Part shown: piece after piece, positions 50,401-59,599 of the stretch | Layout of the letters: each line of letters opens with the position of its first letter | Position numbering within the stretch: position 1 is the first letter of the stretch | Source: Octopus bimaculoides | Taxonomy: Eukaryota | Assembly (NCBI RefSeq): GCF_001194135.2 | Contig: NC_068994.1 | Coordinates: 3,882,793 to 3,946,792, forward strand | Direction: 5' to 3' | DNA length: 64,000 nt | The notes under the pieces: generated by a model | What the model saw: the letters and a program-made list of their open reading frames with translations, nothing else | What the model was told of the DNA's origin: nothing | The model's database searches: none | Translations under genes and position numbers: made by a program

Positions 50401-52297
50401 GATGGAGTGCGTGGATATTATAGTTGAATAAAAATCAACCTCATTATGGGACGGGTACTTTATTTTATTCACCCAGGGAAAGATGAAAGGCAAAGTCGAC
50501 CTCGACGGGAATTGAGCCAAGAGTGCAAGGGTTAATGTAGGAAAGTACTTTTCTACGTCTCTTTACCGGGGTGAAAAGGTAAATTAAACCTCGGCAGGAT
50601 TTGAACTTATAGGTGTGTAACTAAATTACACTGACACTTTGTCCGACGCGCCACCAATTCTAATCACTCACTATTAGTCGGTGTCTTTATCTAATTACGT
50701 TCAACTTTTCCTCTCTTCCGGCGTCGACAGGACAATTACCAGTTATATATTGAGGTCTCTTCAAACAGCACTATTATTTTGGAGGGAAGTAAGCCGACGA
50801 CAGTGAGAGGGCGATGCGGTTTCGATCACTAGCCACGTTTCCTTGAGAATGGCATTAATGTCATGTATTCACACTACGCTTATAATAAAACTAGTCCAAT
50901 CCATAGAAGAAACCGCGCGCGCATATTATATATATATATATATATATACCTATTCGTATAGATACACGTTTCGGCATATATTTATATAGGAAGGTGTCCC
51001 TTTAAGTGATTCCCTGACTATTTACCCGCGATCCTTCCTATTCCGGGTGTCAATGGGGTGGTGTGCCTCTTGCACTTCACCCTCTCTCTCCTTCATCACC
51101 CTCATGAAATACCTCTATTGGTGCAACTCCACCACCACCACCTTGTCAACTATTGTTACTGTCTCATATTTCTAACATAATCAATACTCACCCCCTCCTC
51201 CTCCCTCCTTTCTCTCTACGTTTGCGTGTGTCGTGTATATACACCAATATATATATGTATATATTATATTATATTATATATATATTTATGCGCACGTGTG
51301 TATGTGTGCTTTATGCGTCTGTTGCGTGTGTGGTGCGAGATTTGCGTGCATAGCGAACATATATGTATGCGAGTGTAGCATATAATGGTGTGTGTGTGTG
51401 TGTGTGTGGCATATATATCATATATATGTCATATATATATATATTATTTTACATTATATATCTGCTGTGTATATACACACATGTGTGTTGTGTTTACCAG
51501 TATTTACTTCCTATTTATCTCCCATCTCTTCAGTACTTCGTTGAAACCAACTTTTTTTATGTGGACCTGAAGGATAGTTGGGTGGTGTGTGTATAAATGT
51601 GTATGTGTGTGTGTGTGTGTATTGTCTGTATATATTAATGTGTTTGTATACATATGTGTATTTGTACCCCTTTCCACTCTACCTTTCTCTCTTCTTCCCC
51701 TGCTCTCTCTCTCTCTCTTCTCCCCCTACCCTTCTCTCCTGTGTCTGACGTCCATAGAGATAGCCTTACATTAACTTAACATACAGCAGGCATACATACG
51801 CACGCACACACACACACACGCACACATCACACCATATAATTATATATACATTCTATCTTGTGTGTGTGTTTGTCTTCAGTGTTTAACTGGACAAAATGCA
51901 TGGCTCACAGTTTACTTAAGTAGTGTACATGTCACACAGACCTGTGTGTATGTGTACTTTACAGTATGTGGCAGAGTGACACACACACACACACTGATAT
52001 ATATATATACATGTATACACACACACACGTGTGTGTGTGTGGCGGCGGGAGGGGAGGGTGGCCCGTGCGTGTTTGGAAGATAGCAGCACCATCAGGGAGC
52101 TAGCTATACAGTAGGCACGCACATACACACACACACACGCATATATTTATAGATAGATAGATATAGATATATACAAAGCTACTACATAAGCATACAGACA
52201 CAGAGAGAGAGAAGGCAGTAACAGCCACACCCACACACATTCAAATATACACAGATCCAGTGCTACTACTTCCACACATATATATAGACAACGTTAC

Positions 52298-52341
<44 letters not shown>

Positions 52342-52587
52342 ATATATACATATACACGCGTACATACGCGGAAGCCTTTGCTACAATTTATGCATACTCA
52401 CACGTCTCACACACACACTATTCAAATACAGCTAAGTACATACAACCAGCATTGCTCTCACACACACAGATAAATATACAATCACATTATACGCATAGAC
52501 CGTGCTACTCGCGCACACACATACACACACGCCATAGAAACAGAGGCGCAATCATACATTCACATACAACGACAGATTATATATGTA

Positions 52588-52619
<32 letters not shown>

Positions 52620-53317
52620 GATATATGCTATACACTCACATACACACGCCATCTTAGACAGCTTTACAATTTATGCACGCTCACACGTCATACAAACATA
52701 TATAGAGAGCCATCTATTACCAGCACACGTCACACACATACACGCAGTCATGCAAATATAGACAGCCCAATACATTCACACGCCACATATATATATATAT
52801 ATGCGCACACACACAGACACACACATACTCAATCAAACGTAGACAGCTCTGTGCATTCTCATACCTCACACAAACACACACACCCATACACGAAAGGCTA
52901 GTTCTATAACATTCACACGCAACATAGTCACCCTTCTCTCGTACATACACACACGCACACGCACAGCACTATATACATACACGGGCAGGCTCTACAATTT
53001 ATGCACACGTACACTCCACACACAGAGAGACACACTACCACATACGCACATACAACGTGTGTGACTACTTTTATTAGCACTTACATACTTGAAATATTTC
53101 TGTTGAAATATCCAAAAGTATCATTGATACACACACACACAAGACAACTTACACACCAGTCCTGACGTATGTATTCTTTGTTTGAAATGTGTATATTTAC
53201 ACACATAGATGTGTGTTCATGTTACTACTTGTCCATGATGGCATTAGCCCCCCTACACCTCTACATTTCCTTCCTAAGCATGTGAGTATGTGTCTGTGTG
53301 AGAAAGAAAAATATACT

Positions 53318-53355
<38 letters not shown>

Positions 53356-54231
53356 CTAACATACGATATATAAGTATATAATATATATGTGTGTGTGTGT
53401 GTGCATAAAAGCACAAACTTTTCGTTTTTGTGATAGAATATATACATATATAATGTTTGTGTGTGCATATTTAAACATGAATACATACATACACATATAT
53501 ATATATATGTGTGTGTGTATAATTTCTTTCCCTTTCTGTGTGTTTGTATGTGTTTTCGTTTATGTGCACTTGGGTGTGTGTTATCATGTCACCAACTTTT
53601 TTTTTTACCCTGTGCAAAGATGTAAACAAATGTTTGCTTATAATTAATTACTAAACAAACAGGTTAATCACTTAATGACTCATTATCAAAAACTATTCGA
53701 TAATACCAATATTTGTTGATCATTGTGATAGATTTTTCGCAGCCCTGTCATCCTCGTTATTATTGTTCTTATTTTTATAAATGTGTTTCTAATGAATGTG
53801 ATAATATTATTGTTTGTAATCCAATGTGAATCTATATTTCTCAATTATTATAAACTCATTCCGTTCATCCGTTCACCACTCTTCTCGCTCCATTCAGTGT
53901 TGTTACCGTCCCCACCCCTTTTCCATATAAGGTTTGGGGGGAGAGGGGGGCTTGTTCAACATCATCCTAGTCAAAAAAACTGAGCTCAAACGAGCAAGAT
54001 TCTGTGCAAGTAGCTTAATCTCCTAGAAAGACATAATGACCAAAATCTCTTCATTCGCCTCAAAGATATCTTAAAGAACACGGTGGATCAGTGCATCTCA
54101 ACCAGTTTTTGCCCACTGGACCCTTTTGATAAATGTTTTGTTTTTTACTCTACTGCCCCCCCCCCCCCAGTCATTTGGTGTTTTAAAAAATCCTATGATT
54201 AAATATTAGAAATTGTATAAAAAAAAATTGT

Positions 54232-54654
54232 TAGGGGTGGCTGTGTGGTAAGTAGCTTGCTTACCAATCACATGGTTCTGGGTTCAGTCTCACTGTGTAG
54301 CACCTTTAGCAATTTGTCTTCTACTATAGCCTCGGGCTGACCAAAGCCTTGTGAGTGGATTTGGTAGATGAAAACTGAAAGAAGCCCGTCGTATTGGAGA
54401 GCCTCTCCTACTCACCACTACTCCTTCCTCCCAGCTGAGGGGTTTTTGTTTTGCAAGTTACTTAGTGACCCTGTCGGTGCTGGTGCCACATAAAAAGCAC
54501 CCAGTACACTCTGTGGAGGGGTTGGCATTAAGAAGGGCATCCAGCTGTAGAAACCAAGACAAAAACAAGCTATGGAACCTGGTGCAGCTCCTGGCCTTAC
54601 CAGCTCCTGTCAAACCATCCAACCCATACCAGCATGGAAAATGGATGTTAAATG

Positions 54655-54686
<32 letters not shown>

Positions 54687-54690
54687 CCTG
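54232..54690 (+). mobile_element. SINE-A head followed by an RTE tail with a (GAT)n end
   Basis: GGTGGCTGTGTGGTAAGTAGCTTGC...GAAAGAAGCCCGTCG; GGTGCCACATAAAAAGCACC...GGATGTTAAATGATGATG. Confidence 0.85.
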
Positions 54691-55609
54691 AAGGTGAAAT
54701 GACAGAGTTGCCAGGGTGGTGTTTAGTTAGTTGCCTTTATGTTCTGAGTTCCAATCCCACCAAGGTCAACTTCACTTTCCTTTAGTTTCAGAGTCATTAA
54801 GTACTGGAGTGGATTCTTTTTTTNNNNNNNNNNNNNNNNNNNNNNNNNNNNNNNNNNNNNNNNNNNNNNNNNNNNNNNNNNNNNNNNNNNNNNNNNNNNN
54901 NNNNNNNNNNNNNNNNNNNNNNNNNNNNNNNNNNNNNNNNNNNNNNNNNNNNNNNNNNNNNNNNNNNNNNNNNNNNNNNNNNNNNNNNNNNNNNNNNNNN
55001 NNNNNNNNNNNNNNNNNNNNNNNNNNNNNNNNNNNNNNNNNNNNNNNNNNNNNNNNNNNNNNNNNNNNNNNNNNNNNNNNNNNNNNNNNNNNNNNNNNNN
55101 NNNNNNNNNNNNNNNNNNNNNNNNNNNNNNNNNNNNNNNNNNNNNNNNNNNNNNNNNNNNNNNNNNNNNNNNNNNNNNNNNNNNNNNNNNNNNNNNNNNN
55201 NNNNNNNNNNNNNNNNNNNNNNNNNNNNNNNNNNNNNNNNNNNNNNNNNNNNNNNNNNNNNNNNNNNNNNNNNNNNNNNNNNNNNNNNNNNNNNNNNNNN
55301 NNNNNNNNNNNNNNNNNNNNNNNNNNNNNNNNNNNNNNNNNNNNNNNNNNNNNNNNNNNNNNNNNNNNNNNNNNNNNNNNNNNNNNNNNNNNNNNNNNNN
55401 GTCTCAGAAGCCTTAAAAGGGGACATGGCTGTTCTCATTTTCTCCCAGTTAAGCCTTTAAAAAACAGATTTAAAAAAAAAATACTTTGTAGTGTTTTTTT
55501 CTTAGATTCTTCTGTGTTCTGAGTTCAAATCCTGCTAGAGTCTACTTCCCATTTCATCCTTCCTGGGTCAGTAAGTACCAATGTCTAAAGACCTGGGATT
55601 ACTTAGTAT

Positions 55610-55800
55610 TCATCATCATCATCATTTAGCATCTGTTTTCCATGCTGGCATAGGTTAGACAGTTTGACAGGAGCTGCACCAGGCTCCATTGTCTGTCTTT
55701 GGACTTGGTTTCTACAGCTGGATGCCCTTCCTAATGCCAACCACTTTCCAGGGTGTCTGCTGGGTGCCTTTTACATGGAACCAGCACCAGTGCTTTTTAT
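55610..55800 (-). mobile_element. RTE tail, inverted relative to 54455-54690 and 58490-58680
   Basis: (ATC)n TTTAGCATC..TTTCCATGCTGGCAT...GGATGCCCTTCCTAATGCCAACC. Confidence 0.85.
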
Positions 55801-55998
55801 ATTAATTAATAATTAAAGTCTAATTGATTGTGTGGACTGAGAATATGTTTTTATTTTGTACATAGCCACCCAACCCTGTGGATTTAGGTTCAGTCCCATA
55901 ATGTGGCACTTTGGAGCAAAGGGCTCTTATTGTATCCTCGACTCAAGCAATATCTTGCAAATGACATTTGGTCTGACAGAAACTACAGAAGCCTATCA

Positions 55999-56037
<39 letters not shown>

Positions 56038-56404
56038 GCAAGCATGGCTGTGTGGTTATGAAGTTTGCTTCACAACTGTGGTTTCAGGTTCAGTCCCACT
56101 GCATGGTCACTTGGACAAGTGTGTTTTATGTATTATAGCCTTGGACTGACCACTGTCTTGTGGGTAGGCATTGATAGATGGAAACTCAACAGATGTCTGT
56201 CCTGTGTGGGTGAGGTGGATGTCTGTTTGTTTTTCATTCTCCTGGGGTCAGTGCAGGGATTGATATAATTGTCTACGTCTCTCTCTTCAAATTCGGGGGC
56301 CTTGTGCTTATATAAGAAACTACTACTACTTCTACCATGTTCTGAATGCAAATTCTGCCAAGGTTGACTTTTCCTCTGATCTTTTTAGGGTCAATTATTA
56401 TTAT

Positions 56405-56860
56405 TGAGTGTGAGAGCATTTGCATGCCATCAAAGTGACACTGGGGTATAATATACAAAGTCCAGTATACCTTGTCATGACTACCCATCTGATAAGGGTA
56501 CACCAGGCACATGCATCACAACCATATGTGCATGACATGGTGATCTCATATTAACATAAACAACACATGACCTTACAGATGGGGCCCAGTTAGAATTTTT
56601 TTCAGGTTGAGTAGCCCATCCCTCTTTAAAAGGTCCCTGAATGAGGGTTGTTTAAGGATGTTGAAGAAAATACCCATGTTTTAAGAGGTGAATTATCCAA
56701 ATGCCAAAGAATTCCTCTCAACACATGGCTATGATGCTCCCCCACTACTTCTGTTCATGGTCAGAGATGCACATATCGTCAGCCACCAAGGGACATGCTC
56801 AACTAGTTATGGTCAAACATCTGACAAGCAAATCTGCAGTGTTGAGCAGAATATTTGCTT
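56405..56860. mobile_element. Unclassified interspersed repeat (GCATGCCATCAAAGTGACACTGGGG...GATAAGGGTACACCAGG...GATGCTCCCCCACTAC)
   Basis: Recognised from memory as an abundant octopus repeat; single copy in this window, so not independently confirmed. Confidence 0.45.
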
Positions 56861-57199
56861 TAGTCCATCTTTTATACCAAGACAAAACAATGTACATGGT
56901 AACACTTTCAATCAGTTAAAACAGAAGCCATGAGAGGCACTGCCTGGTGCTGCACCAGAGCTATTCAGAAACCTTTGGTAGGTTCAAGCAAATTTCTACT
57001 GCATCACCTGTGTTGCTGGGGGATCTGTGTAGCATTGTGTATTCTTTTTTGCTGTTGGGGGAGTGGAAACTTTTTCTGGTATTGTATTGTGTCAGTTTGT
57101 TTTGTTCTGGGCTCTGGTTGCAGTCTTTTGTTGTACAAGGTGTTTGTATTGTGTGTGTGTGTGTAATTCGAGTTGAGCTCTGTTGGTTCTCTGGCTCTT

Positions 57200-57613
57200 A
57201 TTGAATACATGTTTTGGTGGTGGTTTATTTTATTGGATATTTGCTGTATAGAATGTGTCTTGTGTTTGTGGATTGTTTTGTTTGTGTTGTATCATTGAAT
57301 TGTTTGTGTTGTATCATTGAATTGATAGTGTCTTACATAGGATGTGTGCTGTTCCTATCAGGGCTATTTTTCGGACAGTGTGTAGTGTTGAGGGTCCAGA
57401 TATAGCTTCTGTGTTTTTGTTCATATGTTTCTTTCTTATCATACCCAATGCTCCAATAATTACTGGTATTATTTTCACCTTTGTGTCCCACATCTTGAAC
57501 ACTTCAATCTCGAGGTCTTTGCAGTTTGATAATTTCTTCACTTTGGTCTGGACAATATTTTGGTCAGGAGGGACTGCAATATCTATCAGTAAATAGGTGG
57601 GTTTTTTTTTCAA
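57200..57613 (-). mobile_element. R4/Dong-type (restriction-like endonuclease) non-LTR retrotransposon, 3' fragment
   Basis: LLIDIAVP.DQN...KKLS.CKDL.IEV.KMW..KV.IIPVIIGALG...KIALIGTAHIL matches the RLE C-terminal domain pattern LID.A.P.D.N..KY.DL..E..MW...P.V.GALG..LLGTA.IL. Confidence 0.85.
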
Positions 57614-58489
57614 TCCTTGTTGATGATGATGATGATTACGATTATCATCATCACCATTGTTTTACTTCTCAGGGTGCTCAAATCTTGTTTGCTCTGGTAG
57701 ATTCTGTGGGAGCGGACAGCATCCTGCTGTCAGAGGTCGTCTCACAGGGTCTCTTTCTGGACATTAAAAGCTTTGATACTTGGTTGTTATCATCGTCATC
57801 GTCATCATCATCATAGGATGGTGGATTGGCTGGGTCATTAGATCATTGAACAAAGCCACCTTGTATTTAATTGTGTTTCTTAGCTTTTTATCTTTCCGTG
57901 CTCCTGTTACATCCAGAACTTCATATAACTGACGACATCTCTCTTTCAAATCTCAAACCTTGGACCTCTGTTAAGAAATCCTTATTTTGACTTAACCTGT
58001 TTTTAAATGATGTTGTTGTTGCTGTTATTTTGTAGGTTTTTACCAGAGGAAGCAGCAGTTCTTCACATTGACTGAGACCTTTGACTACAGCGTCGTTGTG
58101 ACAGCCGCCTCGTTAACCTCCAACCGTATCTCTATAGATTGTTGCCACTATTTGGTGCCCTGCTGGTTTTGGGAAGAGAAAAGAAGAGTCGGAGAAAGAG
58201 AGAGAGGGAGAAAACCTTTTCAACGTTTTTCTCCTCTGGAGCATGTCAACCCAGACGGTGCTTCTACAGGTCAGTTTATCTTCAACCACACACACACACA
58301 CATACACCCTAGCACTTTTCCAACTCCACCCGGTCACTCTCCTCCTCTCCTCTAAAATGTTTCTGGTTCCTCTGCTGCAAGAATCCTATTCTGCTCTGCT
58401 CCTTTTCTCTTCTGCTTTACTTTTTATCGTATCCAGTGTAAAAGTTGCTCCCCTTGACTTTTGTGGGTTTTGCAGGCTGTATGGTGACC

Positions 58490-58698
58490 TCAGCAATGCT
58501 GGTGCCACAAAATAAAGGGTTCAATACAAGCAGTGAAGTGGTTGGCATCAGGAAGGGTTTCCAACTATAGAAACCTTGCTAAGATAGACAGAGGAGCATG
58601 ATGTGGTTCTGGGGCCCATCAGATCCTGTCAACCCATCCAACCCATGACAGCATGGAACATGGGTGGTCAATGATTTATGATATACACACACATGCAT

Positions 58699-58741
<43 letters not shown>

Positions 58742-59125
58742 TGTAGATATGGCTCTTTAAGAAGCTTGCTTCCCAGTCATGTGGTCTTAGGTTCAGTCCC
58801 ACTGCACCATTCCTTGCACAGATGTCTTCTAAATCCCTGGCTCGACCAAAGCTTTGTGAGTAGATTTGATAGAAGTAAACTGTGTGTGCTCTTGTCAGGA
58901 CATCACAGGAAGACTCTAAACAACCATTGCTGCCTTACAAGCGAGTTGTGTGTTTCCTATCTTTTGTGAAAAACCTGTCCGGTCGGGGAGGGGGGATATT
59001 ACCTTGCTTGGAAACAGGTGACAGTTAGTGACAGGACAGGCATCCAGCTGTAGAAAATCTGCCTCAGCAACTTCTGTCTGACCCATGCAAGCTTGGAAAA
59101 GTGGACATTAAATGATGATGATGAT
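58490..59125 (+). mobile_element. Cluster of RTE tail, SINE-A head and variant RTE tail just upstream of the ZNF-B acceptor
   Basis: Same motifs as above; ends GGACATTAAATGATGATGATG at about 59125. Confidence 0.75.
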
Positions 59126-59467
59126 CTTACAGTTAACTAATGTACGTCTGCTACAAATGAAAGTCAGCTTGCCTCTGATCCTAATGCAATTTTTAAAAAC
59201 ACCCAGTTTTCTTTCTTGTAAACTAAAGTTTCTTCTCTTTGCACACATTCCACATCACCTGTGCTGCCACCTATCACTTCCCTGACCCAGTCTTATTTCC
59301 TCTATCCCTATATAATTAAAACTTTTTAATTGTCAGTTTGTGTGTGTGTGTATAATCCAATGTAAGAAACTACTTCTGTACTCATAACTAGTGTATTTGA
59401 TACCCATTTTTACACATATATTAAATATACACATCTTTACATGTATGTACATATATATATATAGTAT

Positions 59468-59497
59468 TTATTTTTTTTTTTCTTTTCACTGTTTCAG
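59468..59497 (+). promoter_or_regulatory. 3' splice acceptor of the ZNF-B coding exon
   Basis: TTTTTTTTTTTCTTTTCACTGTTTCAG|AGTG; exon would start at 59498, giving 102 nt of 5'UTR before the ATG. Confidence 0.75.
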
Positions 59498-59599
59498 AGT
59501 GCACTGTGTGACCTGTTTTGTTGAGAAGAGACAATCAGTCGGTCCGAGCCACATTCTTTAAGACTCCACTAGTTGTTGTTTCATGCTTTCATTATCATC

